Of a stretch of 64,000 nucleotides of DNA, positions 1 to 8,262 are shown in pieces; positions within the stretch are counted from its first letter, which is position 1, and each line of letters begins with the position of its first letter. The DNA is from Candidatus Levyibacteriota bacterium. Lineage in GTDB: Bacteria; Patescibacteriota; Microgenomatia; Levybacterales; UBA12049. Made by a program: the position numbers and the translations under genes. Where the stretch lies: NCBI GenBank assembly GCA_052034235.1, contig JBPOIT010000009.1:136203-200202 (forward strand), in the 5' to 3' direction. The notes under the pieces are model-generated. The model was not told the DNA's origin, searched no databases, and saw only the letters and a program-made list of their open reading frames with translations.

Positions 1-1
1 G

Positions 2-142
2 ATTAGAATTGCTAAAGAAGGTTCAGGTCATTCAGAATACACTTCATCAGTGATTAAAACTGCACGTGATTTCGAAGTAAAAGAAAAAGATAAAAAAATT
101 ATTATCCTATCAAATGACAAGATTTTTGAAATAAACCTCTAG
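2..142 (+). CDS. 3' end of a hypothetical protein (truncated by window edge)
   Basis: Open frame IRIAKEGSGH...KIFEINL ending in TAG at 140-142. Confidence 0.6.
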   Translation: MRIAKEGSGHSEYTSSVIKTARDFEVKEKDKKIIILSNDKIFEINL

Positions 143-192
143 CACAACACTGGCTGTTTGTTTTTACTCACGTTTTCAAGTATCATAAAGGC

Positions 193-633
193 ATGAAAAT
201 CCTTAATAAAAAAGCAGGTTTTGATTATCAATTGCTTGAATCCTTTGAAGCAGGTATTCATCTATTTGGAGCAGAAGTAAAAGCAGCAAGAGCTGGCAAT
301 ATTGATTTGCATGGGAGTTTTGCCAGAATTATCGGTAGTGAGATCTATTTACTTAACGCAAAAATCCTTCCGTATAAATTTGCACGTCCTGAATCTTTTG
401 ATGCCACACGTACACGAAAATTACTTCTGCATAAAAAACAAATCGTCTCTTTAAAGTCAAAAATTATCGGAGCGAATTTGACAATAGTGCCTGTTTCCAT
501 GTATACTAAGGGCAATCTAATCAAGCTCGAGCTAGCCTTGGCGAAGTCTCGAAAAAAGTTTGAAAAGAAAGAGCTTCTTAAGAAGCAGGACCTTGACAGA
601 GAAATAGCAGAATCGTTAAAAGGAAACTACTAA
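193..633 (+). CDS. smpB: SsrA-binding protein SmpB
   Basis: NKKAGFDY, EAGIHLFGAEVKA and RTRKLLLHKKQI motifs; adjacent to tmRNA. Confidence 0.97.
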   Translation: MKILNKKAGFDYQLLESFEAGIHLFGAEVKAARAGNIDLHGSFARIIGSEIYLLNAKILPYKFARPESFDATRTRKLLLHKKQIVSLKSKIIGANLTIVPVSMYTKGNLIKLELALAKSRKKFEKKELLKKQDLDREIAESLKGNY

Positions 634-699
634 CCGATTCGTCATTCACCTAGGTTTTACGAGTAAAAGGGATACATCCCTGAAGCTCGCAGAGCGTAG

Positions 700-1119
700 G
701 GGGATGACTTGATTCGACGGGAGAAGTACTTTAAAATTGCAAGCCGACGATGATTCATAGTCGTTAAAAAGGATCAAAAAATAAATGCTAAATCTAGCAT
801 TACAAGCCTAGATGAGAAGCTCGCTAAGCTTCAAGCTCAGTGGGACGCTCTTAATCAAGGCGGCCAACGCGCTTACGCACTCGCTGCTTAAGCCGTAAAG
901 CCAGTTCATACATGTCTTTCCTTATCGGGACAGTAGGGGCTAAAAAACAGGTGAGGAAAACTGTAAAAAGTCAGGTTACGCTTTTTACTGTACACAGTAG
1001 CCTATACTTTGTTATTCCGTCCGACAGGAAACGGCAAAGCGAATTCTAAGAGTCGGATAAGCTTGTAGACGTTTTACATTATCTCTATCCGGACTCCGGT
1101 TCATAACCGGACATCTCCA
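700..1119 (+). ncRNA. ssrA: tmRNA
   Basis: 5' GGGGATG-ACTT-GATTCGAC pairs with 3' CATCTCC-A, including the G3:U alanine determinant; T-arm TCCGG-TTCATAA-CCGGA; internal tag frame ending YALAA; directly follows smpB. Confidence 0.95.
787..891 (+). other. tmRNA tag reading frame (34 aa: AKSSITSLDEKLAKLQAQWDALNQGGQRAYALAA*)
   Basis: Resume codon GCT after ATAAAT; ends in YALAA-TAA. Confidence 0.85.
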
Positions 1120-2632
1120 CACTTCCGTTTTTAGCCTGTCCTATTTCGCTAATTAGCTTGACAGGATAGGCTAAAGATGCGGTTCCAAACCCCAAATTAT
1201 AATCGTACCGCAGTTCTTCCTCAAAATACATAAAAAGTATCGCTTTTTTATCGTTGTAGTTATCACTTTTCCACATATCAACAGGCTTTTTTAATGTGTT
1301 AAACACTTTTTCCGAGGCGGTTCCAAACTGTTCTGGGGTGTAACTTTGTTTCAATAAACTCTGCTCTATTTGGTCTTCAGTTTTTACTAATTCTTTAATT
1401 TGTGACTCATACGTACTGATTAATGTCTCATCTTTTGTCTTTCTTGCTCTAGCAGCATACCATTCAATACTCTCCTTTGTTTCTACAAGCTCGGAAGAAA
1501 GTCGTGTTCGATATTCTGTATCCTGCGTCACTCGCTGTTCCCATTGTTCCTGCAATAGGTCCTTAGTTATATCAACATATCCATCTAAAGGCTTTACTCT
1601 CAATAACAACTGTTCAAACTCAGGCTCAATTTTATATTTCCTAACAACCTTCCAACGATAAGGACACTTTTCTGTGCGGCAAAAGTAATTAGGATAATAA
1701 ATACTGCGCCCCTTATTCCAGCTTGCAGTCATAGCCTTACCACAGGCAGCACAAAGCACCCAAGGACGCAAAGGAAAGTCTTTAGAATAATCTTTTCGTT
1801 GCCATGGCTTGGTACGCCCACCCAATCGCTCTTGCACGATCTTGTAGGTCTCAATCGTTATAAACCCCTCATGCTTAGCTTTCATAAGAGGAATGTTCCA
1901 TTTTGGATAAGCAATGTATCCTGCATAGAGGGGATTTTTCAATATCTCTACTGTGGTACTTAATGATGGTCTGTTGGGTAAACCTGCAATCTCATATTGT
2001 TTATGAAGTTCTTGTCTAACTTCCTCCTGAGTAAGCAAAATCCCATCACGATATTTTTCTATTGCATCTTTAAATATAGCTGCATGTGGTTCTACAGGAG
2101 CTAATATCTTCCCATGGAGTGGCTCTCTTTTGTTTTTTAAAGCTGTTGGTGGCATAAAGGACCAATAGCCTCTTTCTAACCTAGCTTTCATTTTTTGAAT
2201 TACTTGCCTTCTATTTTGATTCCTTTCCAGTTGAGCAGTTGCGGCCATTACAGTCTCAACAAATTCTCCTTCGGGTGATTCTTCAAAACGAAAGTTAGGA
2301 CTTTCGACTCTTCCATTTCTTCCATATATCTCACTTTTTAGTTTAAAATGAACCTGTGTATCTCTAGCGAAGCGCTTTAGATCATCAAAGATAACAACAA
2401 CTCTTTCATTGAGATTACCTGAATCATTTTGTTCCAAGCAGACAAGCAACCGCTTCATAGCGGGTCTATCAAATAATCCCCCTGATTTCCCTTCATCTCG
2501 AAAAACATCAATAATCTGATACCCAGCATCTGCTGCATATTTCCTACAACGTTGTTCTTGGCTACCTAAACCATCACCTTCTTTTACTTGTCTTTCAGAA
2601 GACACCCTGCAATAAATAACTGCCTTTGTCAT
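1085..2632 (-). CDS. Large serine recombinase (resolvase + recombinase + zinc ribbon); last 11 codons encoded by the tmRNA antisense strand
   Basis: YCRVSS catalytic Ser, DxGxSG..RPAM, DLKRFARD, CAAC/CRTEKC zinc ribbon, coiled coil. Confidence 0.95.
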   Translation of the reverse strand: MTKAVIYCRVSSERQVKEGDGLGSQEQRCRKYAADAGYQIIDVFRDEGKSGGLFDRPAMKRLLVCLEQNDSGNLNERVVVIFDDLKRFARDTQVHFKLKSEIYGRNGRVESPNFRFEESPEGEFVETVMAATAQLERNQNRRQVIQKMKARLERGYWSFMPPTALKNKREPLHGKILAPVEPHAAIFKDAIEKYRDGILLTQEEVRQELHKQYEIAGLPNRPSLSTTVEILKNPLYAGYIAYPKWNIPLMKAKHEGFITIETYKIVQERLGGRTKPWQRKDYSKDFPLRPWVLCAACGKAMTASWNKGRSIYYPNYFCRTEKCPYRWKVVRKYKIEPEFEQLLLRVKPLDGYVDITKDLLQEQWEQRVTQDTEYRTRLSSELVETKESIEWYAARARKTKDETLISTYESQIKELVKTEDQIEQSLLKQSYTPEQFGTASEKVFNTLKKPVDMWKSDNYNDKKAILFMYFEEELRYDYNLGFGTASLAYPVKLISEIGQAKNGSVEMSGYEPESG

Positions 2633-2790
2633 AAGGTCTTTTCTCCTTCGTGGATGGCTGAATCAATAGCTCTATTACAGAGAGTTCGAAGTGTATTAAG
2701 TAGGTTATTTAGCTCTTCATCCGTCATCTTTTCTGCTCTTTTGCCTAACTTTTGGCGAGCATATTCAATTGTGATTGTATTCTTAGTCAT
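2629..2790 (-). CDS. 53-aa helical protein translationally coupled to the recombinase (candidate directionality factor)
   Basis: Hand-translated MTKNTITIEYARQKLGKRAEKMTDEELNNLLNTLRTLCNRAIDSAIHEGEKTL*; ATGA overlap with recombinase start; below ORF-track cutoff. Confidence 0.7.
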   Translation of the reverse strand: MTKNTITIEYARQKLGKRAEKMTDEELNNLLNTLRTLCNRAIDSAIHEGEKTL

Positions 2791-2874
2791 AGCCAGCAAT
2801 TGCAGTGAGTGCTGGCATTTCCAAGAGTATTCCTCTAAAGCCCTAGTCTACGTGTAGCTAGATTTCACAATTAA

Positions 2875-3180
2875 TTATTTTCCTAAAATTTCATTCTCTA
2901 AGAACTCTGCAAGTTCTTTTTTATTTACAATTTCTTCATTGATTTTCCACCTAAGTCTTCCGTCCTGATCTCTTCCTGCTGGAACAATAATAGGTTCATC
3001 AGGAAACTTCATTCTTCTTAATGTACTGATTTGTCCTTTCAGTTCCGACTCTGCTGTACTGGTAGAATCCGAAATCTCATTTAATTCCAAAGCAACTGCA
3101 CCAGTTACTGCCAACGTGTGAAGAAAGGAGAGGAGGTCTATTCTAAGATGTCGTAATTTATCTTTAGTCTGTTTATCCAT
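2875..3180 (-). CDS. Hypothetical protein, possible winged-helix DNA-binding protein
   Basis: Helix-helix-helix then beta-hairpin pattern (IIVPAGRDQDGRLRWKIN); own promoter. Confidence 0.55.
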   Translation of the reverse strand: MDKQTKDKLRHLRIDLLSFLHTLAVTGAVALELNEISDSTSTAESELKGQISTLRRMKFPDEPIIVPAGRDQDGRLRWKINEEIVNKKELAEFLENEILGK

Positions 3181-3186
3181 GCACGT

Positions 3187-3215
3187 ATTCTACAATAACA
3201 GACATATCGCGTCAA
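3187..3215 (-). promoter_or_regulatory. Sigma70 promoter, leaderless
   Basis: Minus strand TTGACG-17 nt-TAGAAT-6 nt-ATG. Confidence 0.7.
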
Positions 3216-3216
3216 G

Positions 3217-3246
3217 TCGTAATCTATCGTAACCTATTGTAGGAAT
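3217..3246. repeat. 10-bp tandem repeats, possible operator
   Basis: TCGTAATCTA TCGTAACCTA TTGTAGGAAT abutting the -35 box. Confidence 0.45.
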
Positions 3247-3340
3247 TAGTTTTCTAAAGCGGCTTTTTTGTTGCGTAAACTGATCTCTTTTTAGTTATGT
3301 TAGCTACAAATTTGTCTTTAGTTTCTGCAACAAATTGAAC

Positions 3341-3904
3341 CTAGGCGTTGCCTTCAGGCCTAGCAGTTGCAGGAAATGTTCTTGGTAAGTCATGGGGCAA
3401 GCCTACTCTCATGAACTGCTTGGCAAAGGCTTGTGCTAAATGCTCTCTGTAAGGAGGAAGTAATCTTACTCTCGTACCATAGGATCCCTTGAAAACTTTT
3501 AAGAATGAATAAGGAACTGTATATATCTGCTTGAGAACTACTCTTTGATAATTAAAACTGTGCCAACGATGCTGATGTTGATTAATAATTCTTGAAGCTA
3601 CAATTTCTTCTTTAACCATTGGCTCCCAGTCGCTTTCGGACATCTTTCCCCCCTGAATTTGTTCTGGAATATCAAACATAGGACATAAAACAACTGTCCC
3701 ATCGGTTCGGTTCATCTTTAACAAATCACATGATTGGGATAAAACGATGACACTTGCTGATTCTTCATCTATTGTGACGGTTTCGCCAGTCTGCGCATCA
3801 TTCGTATACCGCGGAACATATATTGGAAAGTTAAAGAAAATGTCTCCCTGCTCTAGTTGGGTATCTGCTCGTACAACTTTATACCATGGATATGTGTTTG
3901 GCAT
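3341..3904 (-). CDS. Hypothetical protein, PemK/MazF-like fold suspected
   Basis: QGDIF..VIVLSQSCDL..VVLCP..KQIYTV..RL pattern parallels the PemK motif order. Confidence 0.55.
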   Translation of the reverse strand: MPNTYPWYKVVRADTQLEQGDIFFNFPIYVPRYTNDAQTGETVTIDEESASVIVLSQSCDLLKMNRTDGTVVLCPMFDIPEQIQGGKMSESDWEPMVKEEIVASRIINQHQHRWHSFNYQRVVLKQIYTVPYSFLKVFKGSYGTRVRLLPPYREHLAQAFAKQFMRVGLPHDLPRTFPATARPEGNA

Positions 3905-3906
3905 TT

Positions 3907-4440
3907 TTAGTCTCCATATTCTCTGTCCTCATCTTTAACAGCAAGTGCGCCAAGTTTACCAGATTTGTTGATTCTTATACCCGACCTTACCTTAGTAAGT
4001 TTTATATATGTCATCGCATCAATTTCATAATCTTCATATAGGCGTTTTTGAGGAGTAGCAACAGGATAATCAAATGCTTTTGCAAGAGTAATATATGTGT
4101 CAAACGCGAATGGAGTAGGAGATGCTATTGTCGTAACCATTGCATAACTTCCAGCATTTCCTTCCCATTCGACCCATCCTCTTTGACGAGCTTCTGTTAC
4201 AGGTAAAGATGCAGTATGTTCGTAAGCGGTTTGTGCATCGTCAGACAAGCCAATGAGAATACTACCTCCAGAATACTGCATATGTCCCAATGGATTAACA
4301 ATCGGTGCCGTGGCTGCAAAATCAGTATGATCTTGAGAATAGGGCTGAGCATGAACAGAAGACAAACTAGAACCGATATTCTCCTTACTTGCCAAATGCT
4401 CCATATATAATTTACTGTAATCTCGATAGTCTGCTAACAT
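3907..4440 (-). CDS. Hypothetical protein (middle gene of a tight triad)
   Basis: 177-aa ORF with 2-nt gaps to both neighbours. Confidence 0.6.
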   Translation of the reverse strand: MLADYRDYSKLYMEHLASKENIGSSLSSVHAQPYSQDHTDFAATAPIVNPLGHMQYSGGSILIGLSDDAQTAYEHTASLPVTEARQRGWVEWEGNAGSYAMVTTIASPTPFAFDTYITLAKAFDYPVATPQKRLYEDYEIDAMTYIKLTKVRSGIRINKSGKLGALAVKDEDREYGD

Positions 4441-4442
4441 AT

Positions 4443-5246
4443 TTATTTATCGTGTTCTGCTAATGATGAAAACCACTTTTTAGCGACACCATGAGAATTG
4501 TCCAACCACTTCTTAAAAGCATCTTCATCGTAGTAGTCTGGACATTCATTGTTATTTGAAACTATTTCATTATCAAATACAATGTGCTTGATCTCTTTTT
4601 CAATCCCTTTATTGTCTTTCTCTTTCTTATATCCTGTTGCAACCCTAAGTATACCTTGTGCTTTCGGTGTTTCTAATTTAAAAACGGTCGAGAAGTTGAT
4701 ATCTTGTACAGGAGTTGTTGTTGCATCATCCGATGGAATTCCTATTGGTAGCTGGACATGATAATTTAGCTTATCTTTTAATAAAGCAAATAAATCTTCT
4801 TTCTCATCAAATAGAATTGCATTTCTGTATCGGAGTGAGATAGCTTCTGGCTTTAATTTTGTACTTTCATATGCTTTTATGAGCTTTTTTCTCAGGAATA
4901 AAGCATTGTCTAGAAATGACTTCCAGTCGTAGTTCTCCGTATAGTTTAATGTTGAGACACCAGGTCCAAGTTGAACTAAAGGCCATCCATTAATCCCTCC
5001 CGTTCTAAATTGATAGCGTGGTATAAATGGCAGGAGTTCCAACGGGGCATCGTTTTCTTTTGTAGGAACAGCCGAACTAAATCTGTCTTTAACTCCTTCT
5101 GCGAACATTCCCAAAGCAATAGGGAAAGTTACATCCTTTTGGAATGCAGGGTTTTGACTACTTTTTTCTAGCTGCCAACGTATGGATAACCATGCTTCTT
5201 GTAAGGGACTTTTTTCATCTTTTGTAGAAGACTTTTTCATATTCAT
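4443..5246 (-). CDS. TIGR04255-like family protein
   Basis: SPLQEAWLSIRW, RYQF, LVQLG..LNY..Y.W..F and ISLRYRN motifs. Confidence 0.7.
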   Translation of the reverse strand: MNMKKSSTKDEKSPLQEAWLSIRWQLEKSSQNPAFQKDVTFPIALGMFAEGVKDRFSSAVPTKENDAPLELLPFIPRYQFRTGGINGWPLVQLGPGVSTLNYTENYDWKSFLDNALFLRKKLIKAYESTKLKPEAISLRYRNAILFDEKEDLFALLKDKLNYHVQLPIGIPSDDATTTPVQDINFSTVFKLETPKAQGILRVATGYKKEKDNKGIEKEIKHIVFDNEIVSNNNECPDYYDEDAFKKWLDNSHGVAKKWFSSLAEHDK

Positions 5247-5428
5247 GTTAGTTTACAAATGTATTATACAGGGAATTGTGATTTATTCCAAGCCTAGCTT
5301 TACTTAACAAAACATTAAGTTGTCTTTCAAATACTCTTTTTCGGCACATGACTAATTATTCGTTTTGCCAATAATGATGAGCCAAATCGCATTGTGGGGC
5401 TTTAGAAGTGATAGTGACAACAGTCTAT

Positions 5429-6079
5429 TTAGAAGCCGTAGGAATCAACATCTTCAAACTTATCAGTGATAACACCATTGCCAGTCTTCACAATTTCATT
5501 CCCTTTCCTAACGGTGTAGGTAAACTTTGTTATGCCACTTGCCCCATGGACACTTGTTGGACCAGTATTCGCATCCATATTTACTGATGTTCCTAGCTCT
5601 GGTTCAATGGCTTTGGTTGTACTGAAAGCATCTCCAGCGATAGGGTTCTTTAGCTCACTGGTAAAAAGAGCAATGGATACGCTGCCTTCAAAGGGTTTGG
5701 TATCTTTATTCCTGATGTCAAAGAAGTATCTGTATTTGCCATCAACTTTCTTCACAATTTGACTGGTAACAACGATATTATACTTCTCAACAGGCTTAGG
5801 TGTGTTTGTTGGAGCTGCTGCATTCATACCATCTTGAAATGATTTAGCTGCAGAGTTTTGTTGACTTCCTGTGGTGGTAGCTTTATTGTCATTACTTGAT
5901 CCCACGATAAGAACAAATCCCCAAAGTGCAGCAATGACAACAAGACGTACTACCTTATTCCATTTTTGTCTCCAAATCAGACGAGTGAGATAGCCCATCA
6001 AGAAAAGCGGAAAGGACAGGACAATCAACAGAATGCCCCATTTGGTTTTATACCATTTCTTTTTCATTTCAGTACTCAT
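5429..6079 (-). CDS. Membrane-anchored exported hypothetical protein
   Basis: KKKWYKTKW, two TM segments, S/T linker, beta-rich domain. Confidence 0.7.
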   Translation of the reverse strand: MSTEMKKKWYKTKWGILLIVLSFPLFLMGYLTRLIWRQKWNKVVRLVVIAALWGFVLIVGSSNDNKATTTGSQQNSAAKSFQDGMNAAAPTNTPKPVEKYNIVVTSQIVKKVDGKYRYFFDIRNKDTKPFEGSVSIALFTSELKNPIAGDAFSTTKAIEPELGTSVNMDANTGPTSVHGASGITKFTYTVRKGNEIVKTGNGVITDKFEDVDSYGF

Positions 6080-6144
6080 ACTCTACAGTATACCACAATA
6101 CTAGTGCAGTGTCAAAAAGAGCAGGTTGGTGTGTAATAATACCC

Positions 6145-6411
6145 ATGAATCCAAAAAATCTCGCTAACGAGAATACACCAGAAAATAGAAGAAAGGAAAA
6201 GCGTGAATTTGCTGTAGCAATTGGTAAGCATCTACGCAAGATTAGAGAAGCAAGGAATATAAGCCAAGAGCAGCTCTCTGTGAAAGCTGGATATTACCAT
6301 ACCTATGTCAATAAAATTGAGCAAGGCAAGTACTCTCCAAGTATGCACACAATATGGAGACTCTCTCATACCTTGGGGTTATCTCTGGACGATTTTTTCA
6401 GCGAGTTTTAA
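6145..6411 (+). CDS. XRE-family HTH regulator
   Basis: IGKHLRKIRE..ISQEQL..YVNKIEQG..PS; ATG 6145 preferred over GTG 6109. Confidence 0.9.
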   Translation: MNPKNLANENTPENRRKEKREFAVAIGKHLRKIREARNISQEQLSVKAGYYHTYVNKIEQGKYSPSMHTIWRLSHTLGLSLDDFFSEF

Positions 6412-6487
6412 AATTGTAAGATCTTCCAATTTTCATTTTTTATCCTTAAGTCTAATAAAACCTATGGTATAAAGCCCAAACGGAGTA

Positions 6488-7276
6488 CTATTTTGGTTTT
6501 GGAATCTCTTGTGTTGCTTTAGGAGAAACAATTGATTTTCGAAAGTCCTGCAGACTTTTTTCAGCAGCTTTTATTGCCTCTTCATGTTCTTCCATTTCCT
6601 CTTTTGAATATTCTTTTGCTACCCAATCGCTTCCATTTTTCACCAAGGACATCATTTGAATGGGATCAGAAACGCCTCCAGGACTTACAGAAATAGCATG
6701 ACGTAACGTCCAAAAAGTAGCAAAGATTGCCTCATTGATATTTGGTGGACAATCACCATCCCAAAAGACTCTCCTAATAAGTCCCAAAAAGGGGTCAGCG
6801 ATAGCTTGTCCACTCCCAATACTTGCAAAAGGTAGGTCATCATTAGTTTCCTCTGGTGATCCTTGATGATCAAATTGAAACAAAGAGGATTTATGTTTTA
6901 TAGGAAGAGCTACAAGTGTGGAACATAAAGCGCTCTGTGTTGCCACGCCATTGCCCAATACCGGGGCAGAAATACGAGCTGTTTCCAGTTCAGGTAAAAT
7001 ATGATTTCTAAACTTTTGACTTATAATAGTCATTGCTTCAAAAGGAACTTTGCCAGATAAGCCTCCTGCTTGATAGAGTTTATCCATTTCACCCTTTAAT
7101 CTTTGACCCAAACCTACTGGGCCGGATACACCAACGATAATTTGATCTTGCAAAATCGAAAGTTTTTTTGTAGGCTGCATTGCGGTAGGTGTACCAAGCG
7201 CACCGAAAGTAGCAGCACCATCTGCGCCCATCACGATACTACCATCTTTACATTTTATTCCAATAATAAGAGTCAT
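6488..7276 (-). CDS. Proteasome beta-subunit-like Ntn hydrolase
   Basis: N-terminal M-T (Thr1 nucleophile), IGIKCKDG.VMGAD, a Lys33 equivalent (TKKL), VGVSG, SIGSG, GG.SDPI. Confidence 0.8.
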   Translation of the reverse strand: MTLIIGIKCKDGSIVMGADGAATFGALGTPTAMQPTKKLSILQDQIIVGVSGPVGLGQRLKGEMDKLYQAGGLSGKVPFEAMTIISQKFRNHILPELETARISAPVLGNGVATQSALCSTLVALPIKHKSSLFQFDHQGSPEETNDDLPFASIGSGQAIADPFLGLIRRVFWDGDCPPNINEAIFATFWTLRHAISVSPGGVSDPIQMMSLVKNGSDWVAKEYSKEEMEEHEEAIKAAEKSLQDFRKSIVSPKATQEIPKPK

Positions 7277-7284
7277 TCTGCCTA

Positions 7285-7716
7285 TTAATCCCTAAATACA
7301 CTATTTTTTTTGTATTCGGGGAATTCTTTATAAACTGAGGAGACAAGCTCCTGAAAAGATAAGGGAAGCATCCAATCAATCAACTGCTTTAAATATTTAG
7401 TTGCTTCCTCTGTCACCTGTTCGTGTAATTCTTTAGCTCGTTTCTTGCCGCTGCTTGTTATGTTGTATTTACGTCCAGCACTTTGGGCGGAATGAGTCTC
7501 GACATATCCTTCCTTTTTCAAAAGGTCTGCATCGTGGTATATCCCTATATCAAAAGGGCCATAATTATACGCAACAAAATGGTAGAAATCTTTGGTCTCT
7601 TTGGGCATGGCATGATGCAATAAAAATAAGGACTTTTGGAGTTTTACTGGTGTAAGGCCAGTTTTATCTGCTTCCGCAATAACTAATAAGGTCCAGTCTT
7701 TTCTCTCAATATTCAT
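7285..7716 (-). CDS. Panacea/SocA/YwgA-like winged-helix protein
   Basis: KLQKSLFLL..YHFVAYNYGPFD..YNITSSG motif; start 7716 follows TACAAT -10. Confidence 0.7.
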   Translation of the reverse strand: MNIERKDWTLLVIAEADKTGLTPVKLQKSLFLLHHAMPKETKDFYHFVAYNYGPFDIGIYHDADLLKKEGYVETHSAQSAGRKYNITSSGKKRAKELHEQVTEEATKYLKQLIDWMLPLSFQELVSSVYKEFPEYKKNSVFRD

Positions 7717-7794
7717 TGGGACAATTGTATCATATACGGATAACTGCCACCGGTGCAACAGGGAACGAGTACATGTACTGTATGCAAATAAATG

Positions 7795-7842
7795 TGTAGT
7801 GCCAAAAATTACTGACTGCAGTGAAAACTTTCTGGCACTACA
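7795..7842. repeat. 10-bp perfect inverted repeat
   Basis: TGTAGTGCCA ...28 nt... TGGCACTACA; 12-bp palindrome AGTACATGTACT at 7768-7779. Confidence 0.6.
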
Positions 7843-8206
7843 AAAATCTTCTTATTACTTCTTTTCTGCTTTGACATTCAAGTAAGCAAGTTTTATCTCG
7901 CTCAATTATTTTATTCATCTTTGTCGTTATATTATTAACCGTATCGTAAGCCGAGATCATAGTAAAGGGGTGCTTACCAGTTTTTAAAAAATCATCCAGT
8001 CTTTTTTCATCTCTTGAAAGCGCTGCTAATAATGCTGCTGCTTCTCGTTCAGTAAATGCGAAAAGCTCAGGAACAGTTTTACATCTACCCAATTTTAGCA
8101 ATGTTTTCCTCTTTATTTTATTATCTTTGCGATAATTTGCTACAAGGTAATATAACAACCTTTCTCGTTCATGAAAAATTGATTTTTTTGTAATGATAAA
8201 TGCCAT
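7838..8206 (-). CDS. Hypothetical basic protein; N-terminus resembles the IS1634-type N-terminal beta domain
   Basis: YYLVANYRKDNKIKRKTLLKLG motif followed by coiled coil; no DDE domain. Confidence 0.55.
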   Translation of the reverse strand: MAFIITKKSIFHERERLLYYLVANYRKDNKIKRKTLLKLGRCKTVPELFAFTEREAAALLAALSRDEKRLDDFLKTGKHPFTMISAYDTVNNITTKMNKIIERDKTCLLECQSRKEVIRRFL

Positions 8207-8262
8207 ACTATTATATTTATTTCTCTATATACCTTGTTCTATTACTTACATGTGATACTTTC

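Noticed and set aside
6807-6813. TGTCCAC as a fourth att site (also 34789-34795)
   Set aside because: Both lie inside intact genes and lack the upstream TCCAA..TAT.TC motif and tail homology.
7838-8206. IS1634 insertion sequence
   Set aside because: No DDE domain, terminal repeats or target duplication visible.
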